Source: Cenarchaeum sp. (GTDB taxonomy: Archaea > Thermoproteota > Nitrososphaeria > Nitrososphaerales > Nitrosopumilaceae). Taken from it: a stretch of DNA of 64,000 nucleotides. The notes below the pieces were generated by a model that was not told the DNA's origin, searched no databases, and saw only the letters and a program-made list of their open reading frames with translations. Below, piece after piece: positions 18,149-28,335 of the stretch. Each line of letters opens with the position of its first letter. The first letter of the stretch is position 1. A program made the position numbers and the translations under genes. The stretch is from contig OY843584.1 in NCBI GenBank assembly GCA_963692915.1, positions 1,504,001 to 1,568,000 on the forward strand. Reading direction: 5' to 3'.

Positions 18149-21100
18149 ATGACATCGAGCCGCCTTATTGATAACAAAAATATTCATTTTCATAAAAAAT
18201 TTACAGAATATTGCAACGATAGCACTTCCATTAAAATTGCTACCGGTTATTTCTATGTGGGTGCCTTTAACATAATGTATGATGACATTATGAAAGTGAT
18301 AAATCATCCATCTGCCGACTTGAATCGTCCTCGTATAACAATCATAATGGGCATTGAAACTGATCAACCTACAGCAGCAGCATTACAATCTGGATACGCT
18401 GAGAAAAAACTTCGAAATACTATAAAACATTATTTAATAAACGATCTTAACAATTCTTTTATTAATTGGGATAAAAATACATTGGAAAAAATTAGTTCTC
18501 TTATAGCAAATAATGACATTCAAATTAAAATTTATTCTAAAGGGAAATTTCATGCAAAAGCATATTTGTTTGAAGGCACTGAACCTAGATCTTCTGTGGC
18601 CATTGTCGGCTCTTCAAATTTCACTCCACCGGGTTTGGGTTTAAAATCAATGCATGATGGTAATGTTGAGCTAAACCTTGTGACGCAAGATTCATTCTCT
18701 GAAATTCATGACTGGTTTGAAAATGTACTCTCTGATTCTGAAGAATTTAATAATGATCTTTTAACAATCCTAAAAACTTCTCAGCCATGGATTAATCTTA
18801 TTCAAAATGATCGCAATTTTGTATCTCCAACAACTTTATTCCTTATCATGGCAGCTAAAATATTAAATGATGAGCTTCCGGTTGATTATCAAGAAAATGA
18901 TACTCTTACCGAATTTCAGAAAATTGGTGTAATTAGCGCAGATCGAAAAATTGAAAATCTTAACGGTGTTTTAATCTCTGATGCCGTTGGTTTAGGGAAA
19001 ACTTATATTGCTATTGAGCTTATAAAACTTCGTGGCATGGATAACACACTTCTCATTGTTCCAGCCAGCCTTAAAAATAATTGGTCTGAGGAATTACTAC
19101 ACAATAATGTTCGCAGCCATGTGGAAATACTTTCAATACAAGATCTGAGTCGTTTACAAAATCACAAAATAGAAAAATACCAAAACTATGAATTTATAAT
19201 AATTGATGAAGCGCATAGATTGAGACATTCGGCTCGAAATCATTATAAAAATTTACAAAAGATAACTGACTCCGGCCCCTCAAAACAATTTGCGTTGCTT
19301 ACCGCAACTCCGATCAATAATTCGATTATTGACCTCAAAAATCTTATTAATATATTCATTCATGATGCCGATCTACTCACTCTTGATCCTAGTTTAGAAA
19401 TGTCTGCTTTTGATGATTATAACAAGCTCCACAATAAAATTTTACAGGGGTTGGTTACTCATAATGAGCCTGCATATGATGCTTTAGAAACTATTAAAAA
19501 AATTTTAGCAGAAGTTATGGTTCTTCGAACCCGTTCGAATATCGCCTCTCGTTACCCTGTTATAGAAATTGATGGGTTCGAATATAAGTTCCCCCCCCCC
19601 CCCCCGCGAATAAATCCTATTGAATGTGTTTATCCACTTACCTATCTTAACATACATGATGCAATAACACAGCTGTTCAAAGATCTTGAGTTACCACACG
19701 TACGCGCTGCAAATCCATCGTCGCCAGCATTCATAGGATTATATCTGTCTCATATTTTTAAACGACTTGAAAGCAGTATTCATTCATTTTTTTGTTCTTT
19801 AGAAAACTTACGTTTGGCAGAAACTACCTTTAAAGATAACATAAAAAAACACGGCCTTAAAAAAGCGATTGAGCATCAGTGGTGTGATGACTCAACTTCT
19901 AATAATAAAATCATTGTCGAACATTTAGATAATGAAGGATTTGAACATGATGAATTTCCAAACATAGATGCATCGGATGTTCGTTTAGTTATAATTGACA
20001 AAAATAATGATCAATCCACTTTAACTCAATCTAGAGTTCTTGAAGCTATAGATGCTGATTTAACACGCATTTCTGATTTTTTCCAAAAATACACAAACTC
20101 TGTTCGTTCAAATGAGTTTTGTTATCCTGACGATCCTAAAATTATTGAATTGATAAAAATTATTAAAAAATATACAAATGTAAAAATCTTAATTTTTAGT
20201 CAATATATAGACACAGTTGAATACATTTATGAAAATTTAAAACCTATTTTCACAAAAGTAGACTGGATTGTTGGTTCTCCTACGCTCAATCAACAGACCA
20301 CATCGCATCCCCGGAATGTTAAAATTGGTATGTTTGCACCGATTGCTAATAATTATAATGGCGATGACATTCAAATTTTAGTTGCATCAGATACTATTTC
20401 TGAAGGTGTCAATCTCCAAGATTGTTCTTTGATTATTAACTATGACTTGCCGTGGAATCCAACTCGATTGATTCAACGATTGGGCAGGGTTGATCGAATA
20501 GGGAGTACTGATCAAACTCTTGCTATTAACTTACTTCCTGATGCTGTTTTCACTACCACTCTTGATCTTTTGCAAAGAGTTGCCGGAAAAATTAAAATTC
20601 AAGCGTCTGTTATCGGACTTGAAAATCCTCTATTAACACAATTTGATCCTGTGAATCAAAGAACCATTGGAGAATTGCCTATTCAAGAAATCGACGTTAG
20701 TTTAGAAAAATTACGTCATACTAAACAGTATGGTGATTATGAAAAAGTAACTCAGCATACACTTTTAGATCTTGCCGAAAAACCTGATTCTAGTCAGCAA
20801 GCACTTGATCTCAGACGTCTGATTTCTAACCTTGGTTTAAATCAAAAATTTAACCAAATTAAGCTAAATACTGAATCAATTACATGTCCTTATACCATAA
20901 TTGATACAAATAAGAAAAAACAATTTGCGTTTGCGTTATATGTGCATCAACATCGTTCTAAAAACAAGCTCGTTCCATTTGTCATAATTAGTAATAATGG
21001 TGACACGCAGGTTTTGGACAAGTATGAAATTCTTGATCTCTACAAATATGATAATGCAATCCCATTACATTCTGTGCCTCTAGACCTGCGTTCATATCTT

Positions 21101-21520
21101 TTAAATGAATGGGATTGCATTGACAATCAAAATCAAAAATTACTATCTCAAAAAAACGAATTGTATGGGCCGGGCCAAACGAAAATTTCTATGTCCAAAT
21201 TACAAAAACGTTTACTGGTTGCTATCCATGATGTACAATCGTACGGCCCCTCTCTTCACCCCAGTATAGATTTGTCCTTAGTTGAGAAACTTGAAAGCTG
21301 GCTAAAACGAACACCAATTCGATCAAATCACGCAGATCAGTTTGAACAGATTGTGGGCATGTCTATCGAACAACTATTTCAGTGTGACACTGAGAAATTA
21401 ATCTGCGTAATAGATCTGTTCAAAAAACAACTTTGTTTAAAACATCCTTCATATGACCGTTCTATTCCCAAACGTGGTGATATTCGTGCCCACATTGTAT
21501 GTCGAGGTGCTTTTATCTAA
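18149..21520 (+). CDS. PLD nuclease-SNF2 helicase fusion (defence/RM-associated)
   Basis: FHAKAY...GSSNFT (HxK PLD); DAVGLGKT, DEAH, TATP, SEGVNLQ, QRLGRVDRIG; very AT-rich. Confidence 0.9.
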   Translation: MTSSRLIDNKNIHFHKKFTEYCNDSTSIKIATGYFYVGAFNIMYDDIMKVINHPSADLNRPRITIIMGIETDQPTAAALQSGYAEKKLRNTIKHYLINDLNNSFINWDKNTLEKISSLIANNDIQIKIYSKGKFHAKAYLFEGTEPRSSVAIVGSSNFTPPGLGLKSMHDGNVELNLVTQDSFSEIHDWFENVLSDSEEFNNDLLTILKTSQPWINLIQNDRNFVSPTTLFLIMAAKILNDELPVDYQENDTLTEFQKIGVISADRKIENLNGVLISDAVGLGKTYIAIELIKLRGMDNTLLIVPASLKNNWSEELLHNNVRSHVEILSIQDLSRLQNHKIEKYQNYEFIIIDEAHRLRHSARNHYKNLQKITDSGPSKQFALLTATPINNSIIDLKNLINIFIHDADLLTLDPSLEMSAFDDYNKLHNKILQGLVTHNEPAYDALETIKKILAEVMVLRTRSNIASRYPVIEIDGFEYKFPPPPPRINPIECVYPLTYLNIHDAITQLFKDLELPHVRAANPSSPAFIGLYLSHIFKRLESSIHSFFCSLENLRLAETTFKDNIKKHGLKKAIEHQWCDDSTSNNKIIVEHLDNEGFEHDEFPNIDASDVRLVIIDKNNDQSTLTQSRVLEAIDADLTRISDFFQKYTNSVRSNEFCYPDDPKIIELIKIIKKYTNVKILIFSQYIDTVEYIYENLKPIFTKVDWIVGSPTLNQQTTSHPRNVKIGMFAPIANNYNGDDIQILVASDTISEGVNLQDCSLIINYDLPWNPTRLIQRLGRVDRIGSTDQTLAINLLPDAVFTTTLDLLQRVAGKIKIQASVIGLENPLLTQFDPVNQRTIGELPIQEIDVSLEKLRHTKQYGDYEKVTQHTLLDLAEKPDSSQQALDLRRLISNLGLNQKFNQIKLNTESITCPYTIIDTNKKKQFAFALYVHQHRSKNKLVPFVIISNNGDTQVLDKYEILDLYKYDNAIPLHSVPLDLRSYLLNEWDCIDNQNQKLLSQKNELYGPGQTKISMSKLQKRLLVAIHDVQSYGPSLHPSIDLSLVEKLESWLKRTPIRSNHADQFEQIVGMSIEQLFQCDTEKLICVIDLFKKQLCLKHPSYDRSIPKRGDIRAHIVCRGAFI
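19591..19605 (+). repeat. In-frame C15 homopolymer in helicase gene
   Basis: tt(C15)gcga encodes FPPPPPR. Confidence 0.9.
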
Positions 21521-24340
21521 TGTTACCATTTACAAATATGTCACAAATTAAATCTTATTTTTCAGATTTAGGTTTTCGTGTTAAATCTCATAATAAAATC
21601 ACCAATCATGCTGCGTTGGTCGTTGATATCGATCTTCATAATGGTTTTATTATTGTGAAATCATGTTATGATGGCAATAAATTCATTGATGAATCTGCCA
21701 TACTTCGACATCTTGGTCGTGATATTCGATATTTGATGATTATTGATACTGATGTGGGCGCTGGAATGTTTGTAAAGCATACACTTGGAAGTACTGGACA
21801 TATTAAATTTCAAAAATATCGCTTCAATAAAAATTCTCGAACAGCTGCCACTCTAATTGGCGCGTTAAAACCAGAGACGTTCTATTCATTTGAAGATTTA
21901 TTTAATACTGAAAAAATTGTTGCAAATTTTTATTCCAAATACACAAAACATCTTTCTAATCTTGTTGATAGTCTTGAAGGTATTTCTAATGCTGACGATA
22001 AAAAACATTACGCAGATGTAATAATGTCTCGTCTAATGTTTATTCAGTTTTTACAAACACGTAATTTTTTTCAAAACAAGCATTTTCTTCTCAATAAATT
22101 TGCTGAAATCAATCATTCAAATGAGTCTTATTATAAATTTCTCCGTATGCTGTTTTTTGATATTTTAAATAAACCTAAGACACAACGACCTCAAAACCTG
22201 ACTGAATATTCCAACATTGCATTTCTTAATGGGGGTTTATTTAAAGTTCATTCGCTTGAACACAATTACTCAAAAATTAATATTCCCAATCAGATTATTT
22301 TTGAACTTCTGACTTTTTTAAAAGATTATACATGGTATGTTGATGAAACTAATGTTTTTAGTGACGGGATCAACCCGGAAATTCTCGGCCATATATTTGA
22401 AAAAACTATCAACGACCAAAAACAAAAAGGTGCGTTTTATACACCTGTTGATGTCACTCAATTTATTTGTGACCACACAATTATTTCGTATTGTATCGAA
22501 CAGCTCAATATAAAATTTAGTACTAATTATGAATTACATAAGAATTCCATCAATGAAATTTGTCAAAATTTTGACCAAGCACACTATTTGTATTTCAAAA
22601 TTCTTAAACCCCTGACTATCCTTGATAATGCTTGTGGTTCGGGCGCTTTCCTTCTTACTGCATTTGGACTTTTGCTTAATTTGTATGAATACCTCTGGAA
22701 ATCCATTTGTAATTCTACCGACGCTTCTGTTCAATCTGAATTTAGATTCATTAATAAATATTCTTCTGTTCACTATTATTTTCGCCGGCGTATCGTAACT
22801 GAAAATCTTTTTGGTGTTGATGTTGATGAAGGTGCTATTGAGGTTTGTCGTTTACGTCTTTGGCTTGGCCTTGTAGCTGATATGGATGTCGAAAACCCTG
22901 AACCATTGCCTAATATTGATTATAACATTCTTCTTGGAAACAGCTTGTTAGGGTTTGTCAATTCTCAACCTCTCCAATCTGACCTCATTTCTAATATTCC
23001 CACAAAAAAAGATTACAAACAAATTGTCACACTTAAGAAATTATACAATAATACGTCTGATCCACAACGCGCAAGCTCGATCAAAAATCGTCTTGATCCA
23101 CTTATCACTACATGCCGTGAACAGCTAAATGCTGCTCTTTACATGGTTAAAAAAAAAATATATTGTACCCCAGCATGATTATCAACCATTTCATTGGTTG
23201 TTAGAATTCTCTGACATTATTCATGAAAACCAAGGATTTGATATTATTGTTGGCAATCCGCCATATGTTGAAAAAGCTAAGGTTAATTACTGCCTTCAAT
23301 TTCAATTACTTAGCTGTGGCAGCACATATGCTTATTTTATTGAACGATCATTAAGTTTGCTTAAACCTCATGGAAAACTTGGTTATATTGTTCCTATTTC
23401 TGGCGTCTCCACACCTCGTATGAGTCCCCTAGTTGAACACATGATGTCTAAATGTTCTAACATTTCTATTAGTAATTATGATGATCGTCCCAGTAAGATT
23501 TTTATGGGTCTACAAGACTGCCGCTCTAGCATTTTTATTTGTACGGTGTCTCCGCCACCTCCTGCATCGCCCACTACATCTACGTGTACTGTACACACAA
23601 CTGGTTATACACGTTGGAACAACATTGATCGTCCAAATTTATTTGTAAACATAATTAAACAGTCAATAGATTCATCACAATTTGTGTTAGATCCGCGTTT
23701 AGGTAAAATTATACCCAAACTAGCAAATCAACAAGAAATAAAAATTCTAAATAAATTATTGGCAAAATCTTCTTCTATTGCTCAATATGTCAGGAAAAAC
23801 ACCCAAAGTCAACCTGACGATTGTTATCCTGTTTATTATCATAACACTCCTAGATATTGGATTCATGCTACTGCCTCTGAGATCAAATCAGAACGTATTA
23901 TAGGTGATGAACATAGATTTGAATTATCTGCTCAGCTAAAATCACTTTATTGTGATAGCGCAAATATCAAAATCGTAATTGTCGCTCTTTTGAATAGCTC
24001 ATTATTTTACTGGTGGTATGTTAAAATTTCTGATGGGCGACATTTAACTGATTTAAACATAAAACAATTTCCTATCGATATTAATTCTATAATCCAAAAT
24101 AAAACTATGTTTAACAAACTATCGCAACTTGTTCCCCGTTTACTTACTGACTATAAGAATCACATCCGTTATCAAAAATATGATCGTGAAGGTGGGATGC
24201 TAATAATCCCAGAATACCGTCCTCGTCACAGCAAACACATAATAGATAAAATTGATGATCTTTTTGGTTCTCATTATAATTTTACAGCATCTGAGCGCAC
24301 GTTCATCAAACAATTTGATGTTGCTTTTCGGTGCTCATGA
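21520..24340 (+). pseudogene. Eco57I/TaqI-like N6-adenine DNA methyltransferase, frameshifted at A10 (23149-23158)
   Basis: ORF1 (to 23178) has FLNGGLF, GAFYTP, DNACGSGAF and LPNID; ORF2 (to 24340) has FHW..EF, GFDIIVGNPPY and a TRD-like tail; removing one A fuses them; TAATG coupling to the helicase. Confidence 0.85.
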
Positions 24341-24528
24341 TCGCCCTCTAATGTTGTTTAAACTACTATTTTAGTTGCTAGTCGATTATCTGAATTCTAA
24401 TTATTGCTGTTTTACCCAAAAATGGACTCCGGGTCTTCCGTACATTTTGGTTCTCCACCCTTTGTGCGTCATGGGAAGTCGCACTCCGATGATCGCGCAC
24501 AACACCGTGCGCACTAAACCTCCCCCCA

Positions 24529-25767
24529 CTACCTCCGCACTACCCCAATCCGCCTCCCAATCTCGTCCTGCGCCCTTTGCGCCTCGGGCATCCTCTTGAG
24601 GGCCTCCTCGGCCTCACCAAGGCGGCCCAGCGCAATTAGCGCACCGCCCATTCCCAGGTGGCCGGCGACGATGTCAGGATCCAGCTCGACTGTACGCTCG
24701 TATGCGCCCAGGGCCTCCACGTTGCGCCCAAGCAGGGTGAGGGCCAGGCCATGGTTGATGTGCGCCCTGGGGTTCTCGGGGTTTATGCGAATCGCCACGC
24801 TCGCGCTCTTGATGGCCTCCTCGGCCCTGTCCATCGCGTTGAGGATCATTGCGCGATCAGAGTGCCCATCATCATTGTCGCCGTCCAGCTCGATCGCGCG
24901 CTCTGTGACCTCTAGCGCCTCGGCGTTGCGCCCAAGGCCAAAGAGGGCACGCCCGAGATAGATGTGCAAGTTGTACTCTCTGGGCTCCAGCTCGATCGCG
25001 CGCCTGTACTCCTCGACTGCCTCCTCGCTCTGACCGCGCAAGCGCAGCGCCGTCCCCTTCCTCGAGTGTACACTCGCGTCTCCCTGGCCAAGCTCGATCG
25101 CGCGATCAAGGGCATCGATGGCCTCCTCACAGCGGCCGGACTCGAGGAGGATCATGCCCCTGCAGCTGTGCGCCTCGGCGGCGTTTTCGTGTTTTGCGAT
25201 AAACGTGTCTAGTCCTGCCAGTGCCTCCTCGCTGCGTCCGGCCCTGTGCAGCGCCTCGGCGTGACACTTGTGCGCCAGCGCCGAGTCGGGCGTCATGGCC
25301 ACCGCCTTGCCTGCTGCGGCCACTGACTCTTCATGGCGCCCCGCTCCTGCCAGGATGATCGACTGCACATCGAGCGCAAAGTTGTCATCATGCTCTAGGT
25401 CCACTGCGCGGCTCACCGTGGCCAGTGCCTCCTCGTGGCGCCCAAGCGCGCAGAGCGCCAACGAACGGAGCGTGTGCGCCCTGGCAGAGTCGGCACTCGC
25501 CCTCACGGCACGCTCGGCCACCTCCATGCCATCATTGGGCCGCCCCGCCTTGAGATGGGCCATGCCGAGCCTGAACATAGAGTCAATGTCCCCAGAGTCA
25601 AGCTCGATTGCCCTCTTCCAGTACGCCATGGCATCCTCGTCACGGTTCAGCGCGCATAGGGCGTAGCCCATGCGCCTTTGTGCGACTGCGTCATCAGGCC
25701 TCTCGCGCACCGCCCGCTCGCACTCCTCTAGTGTCATCGGCATGGCCTCCTCGCTCCCCGAGCCCAT
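24529..25767 (-). CDS. TPR repeat protein (array paralog 1)
   Basis: About 11 TPRs; MGSGSEE..MTLEECERAVRERPDDA leader. Confidence 0.88.
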   Translation of the reverse strand: MGSGSEEAMPMTLEECERAVRERPDDAVAQRRMGYALCALNRDEDAMAYWKRAIELDSGDIDSMFRLGMAHLKAGRPNDGMEVAERAVRASADSARAHTLRSLALCALGRHEEALATVSRAVDLEHDDNFALDVQSIILAGAGRHEESVAAAGKAVAMTPDSALAHKCHAEALHRAGRSEEALAGLDTFIAKHENAAEAHSCRGMILLESGRCEEAIDALDRAIELGQGDASVHSRKGTALRLRGQSEEAVEEYRRAIELEPREYNLHIYLGRALFGLGRNAEALEVTERAIELDGDNDDGHSDRAMILNAMDRAEEAIKSASVAIRINPENPRAHINHGLALTLLGRNVEALGAYERTVELDPDIVAGHLGMGGALIALGRLGEAEEALKRMPEAQRAQDEIGRRIGVVRR

Positions 25768-25782
25768 GTCCCAGGCTGTCAC

Positions 25783-25814
25783 GGGGCTGCTCCTATAATT
25801 TTTGTCCTGCAATC
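25783..25814 (-). promoter_or_regulatory. Duplicated TPR promoter module, copy 1
   Basis: GCAGGACAAAAATTATAGGAGCAG; near-identical copies at about 27216-27247 and 29485-29516. Confidence 0.75.
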
Positions 25815-25994
25815 AGGCCCTGTCCACAAATGATCCCTCGATTCATGCTGACATCTCTCAAACCGCTCAAGACTGCGCAGGGCTCTCGCCCGAGGACGCT
25901 GTGGGCCATGCGCCTGCCCTGCGCAACATCCGGCCGCGCTGTGCGCCCCAAATCTCCCCTGCCAGAACCCCGCCATCCCAAAGCGCCCTCGCGC

Positions 25995-27200
25995 CTAGTC
26001 CTGCTCCTTTTGCGCCTCGGCCGCCCTCTTGAATGCCTCCTTGGCCTCTGCATGGCGACCCAGCACGGCCAGCGTCTCGGCCCTCCCATCGTGGCCGATG
26101 TCCATATCTGGCCCCAGCTCGACTGCGCGTTCATAGGCGCCCAGGGCCTCCTCGTTGCGCCCAAGCAGGGAGAGGGCCATGCCGTGGCAGATATGCGCCA
26201 CAATGTTCCTCGGGTTTATGCGAATCGCCACCTTGGCACTCTTGACTGCCTCGTCGGCCCTGTCCAGCCTGTTTAGAGTCTCCGCGAGATCGCTGTGCCC
26301 CTCATCACGGTTGCCGTCCAGCTCGATTGCGCGTTCTGTTGCCTCGAGCGCCTCGGTGTAGCGCTTTAGGCGAAGGAGGGCGCGCCCGAGATAGAGGCGC
26401 AACTTGTACTCTTTGGGATCAATCTCGATTCCGCGCCTGCACGCCTCGGCTGCCTCCTCGTGCCGACCGCATCCGAACAGCGCAATCCCCATCATCAAGT
26501 GAACCTTCGAGCCTCCCTGACCACACTCGATCGCGCGATCAAGGGCGTCGATGGCCTCCTCGGAACGTCCGCTCTCAAAGAGGACAGTGCTCCTGTAGCA
26601 GTGTGACTCGGCGTCGTCTCCGTCTGCTGCGATGAGCGCGTCGAGCTCGGCTAGCGCCTCCTCGCTGCGGCCGATCCCGTGCAGCGCCTTGGCGCGATGC
26701 ATGTGCGCTGATGCCGAGTCAGGATTCAGCTTCACCGCCTTGTCTGCTGCGTCCACCGCCTCGTCCCTGCGCCCCAAGCCCACCAGGATAACTGACTTTA
26801 ACTCGTGTGATATGCTATCGTCAGGATTGAGCTCGACTGCGCGATTCACCGCCGCCAGTGCCTCCTCGAAGCGCCCAAGCGAGCCGAGCGCCAACGAACG
26901 GAGCCAGTGCGCCTTGGACGAATCAGCCCTTACGCCAATCGCGCGCTCGGCCGCCTCTAGGCCATCATTGTGCCGCCCTGCCTTGAGATGTGCAATACAG
27001 AGGTTGACTAGCGAATCAAAGCCCACGGGATCGAGCTCGACTGCCCTTTGCAAGTACGCCAGCGCCTCCTCGACGCGACCCAGACTGGTCAGCGCGTCAC
27101 CCATGCGCCTCTGCGCGACTGCGTCATCGGGCATCTCGCGAACCGCCCGCTCGCACTCCTCTAGTGTCATCGGCGTGGCCTCCTCGCTCCCCGAGCCCAT
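25995..27200 (-). CDS. TPR repeat protein (array paralog 2)
   Basis: About 11 TPRs, clearly paralogous to 24529-25767; start at ATG 27200. Confidence 0.88.
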   Translation of the reverse strand: MGSGSEEATPMTLEECERAVREMPDDAVAQRRMGDALTSLGRVEEALAYLQRAVELDPVGFDSLVNLCIAHLKAGRHNDGLEAAERAIGVRADSSKAHWLRSLALGSLGRFEEALAAVNRAVELNPDDSISHELKSVILVGLGRRDEAVDAADKAVKLNPDSASAHMHRAKALHGIGRSEEALAELDALIAADGDDAESHCYRSTVLFESGRSEEAIDALDRAIECGQGGSKVHLMMGIALFGCGRHEEAAEACRRGIEIDPKEYKLRLYLGRALLRLKRYTEALEATERAIELDGNRDEGHSDLAETLNRLDRADEAVKSAKVAIRINPRNIVAHICHGMALSLLGRNEEALGAYERAVELGPDMDIGHDGRAETLAVLGRHAEAKEAFKRAAEAQKEQD

Positions 27201-27215
27201 GTCCCGGGCTGCCAC

Positions 27216-27247
27216 GGGACTGCTCCTATAATTTTTGTCCCGCAATT
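27216..27247 (-). promoter_or_regulatory. Duplicated TPR promoter module, copy 2
   Basis: GCGGGACAAAAATTATAGGAGCAG about 27 bp upstream of the ATG. Confidence 0.75.
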
Positions 27248-27255
27248 GGGCACTG

Positions 27256-28023
27256 TGTTTTATACGAATAGTAGACTCACTCATTCGAGTCCTCCTCCAC
27301 CCACCCCGGGTTCTCGGCCCTGACCCGCTCGTCGGCTCTCCGCCTCCTGAAGGCCAGCAGGGGCGTCTCGCCAGTCTCCATGTCGAGGGCAAAGTGGAGC
27401 CTCTCCTCGTTATAGTACCCGATGAACTCGGCGATCCCGCCAAAGTGGTCGATCTCCTCCTCGAGCGTCTGAAAGAACCTTCTGGCCTTGCCGCTGGTCC
27501 GGGAGTGGCCGGCGCGCGACATGACGTGCGATATTCCGGCATCGCGCAGCTCCCGCTCAAAGAGCGTCGGCGCCTGGCCGCGGCGCGGCGTGCCTCGCCG
27601 GCTCGCCGTGAACTGCTTCCCGTGGTCTGAGAGGACCTGCGCCGGCGCGCCAAACCTCCCGATCGCGTGGTGCAGCACGAGTACCGTGTTGCCCTCCGTG
27701 GCCTCGGAAAAGACGCCAAACCCCGTCACGCACCTCGACGCGTCATCAAGGTACGCGACGAGGTGCGAGCCCGCAAGCGGCCCATATTTCATTACGTGCC
27801 AGCCCACGTGCCACATCGCATTAGAGTACTTTCGCTCAAAGCGAACCCACTTGCGCTTCTGCGGCCTTGCCCCCGAGCCCTTGGCTGTGCCATCCGCTGG
27901 CAACATGTGACACGCCGCGCCGTGCGCTATTTTTGCGTTGTTGCGCCGCACGCGCATGACTGGGCGAACCGCGCCGACGGGGCTGCGCGGGTGCCCGCCG
28001 AGAGCCTCGTCGAGCTGCGTCAT
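27256..28023 (-). mobile_element. Degenerate IS481 copy (truncated, catalytically dead transposase 27277-28023)
   Basis: TIR TGTTTTATACGAA---TAGTAGACT at 27256; homologous to 9202-10293; WHVD changed to WHVG and GKVER to GKARR; N-terminal HTH and second TIR not found. Confidence 0.85.
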
Positions 28024-28092
28024 GCGGGGCCAGATTCTGGCGATCGCACACTGCGCCCCTTGCGCTTACCCTGACGCTTGCCCTTTAGCGCG

Positions 28093-28260
28093 TTAACGCC
28101 GCGCTCCTCCCACAGATCGACCCATTCTTCGACCTGCCCTGCCTTTAGCTCCACGTTCATCTCCCTCCCTAGCTCCCTGGAATGCATAGCCCAGGTCGAC
28201 TCGCGCCCCGGCGTCATCGGGTCTATTGCGAACAGCCCGTTCACACTCTTCTAGCGTCAT
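28093..28260 (-). pseudogene. Truncated TPR paralog remnant
   Basis: Reads MTLEECERAVRNRPDDAGARVDLGYAF, the same leader as its neighbours, then loses similarity and stops. Confidence 0.65.
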
Positions 28261-28335
28261 CGGCGCGCCGCCCTCGCTCTCCGGGCCTGCCGTGCCGCGC
28301 TCACCGCGTCCCCCTGATGTGATAGTTTCCTGTTT

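Noticed and set aside
18149-24340. Complete DISARM or BREX system
   Set aside because: No drmA/drmB or brxC/pglZ recognisable in the window
25995-27719. 574-aa transposase-TPR fusion ORF (and the 430-aa extended atpC ORF 8100-9392)
   Set aside because: The extensions are off-frame read-through from the IS481 ends; the true starts (27200, 9146) follow their own TATA boxes
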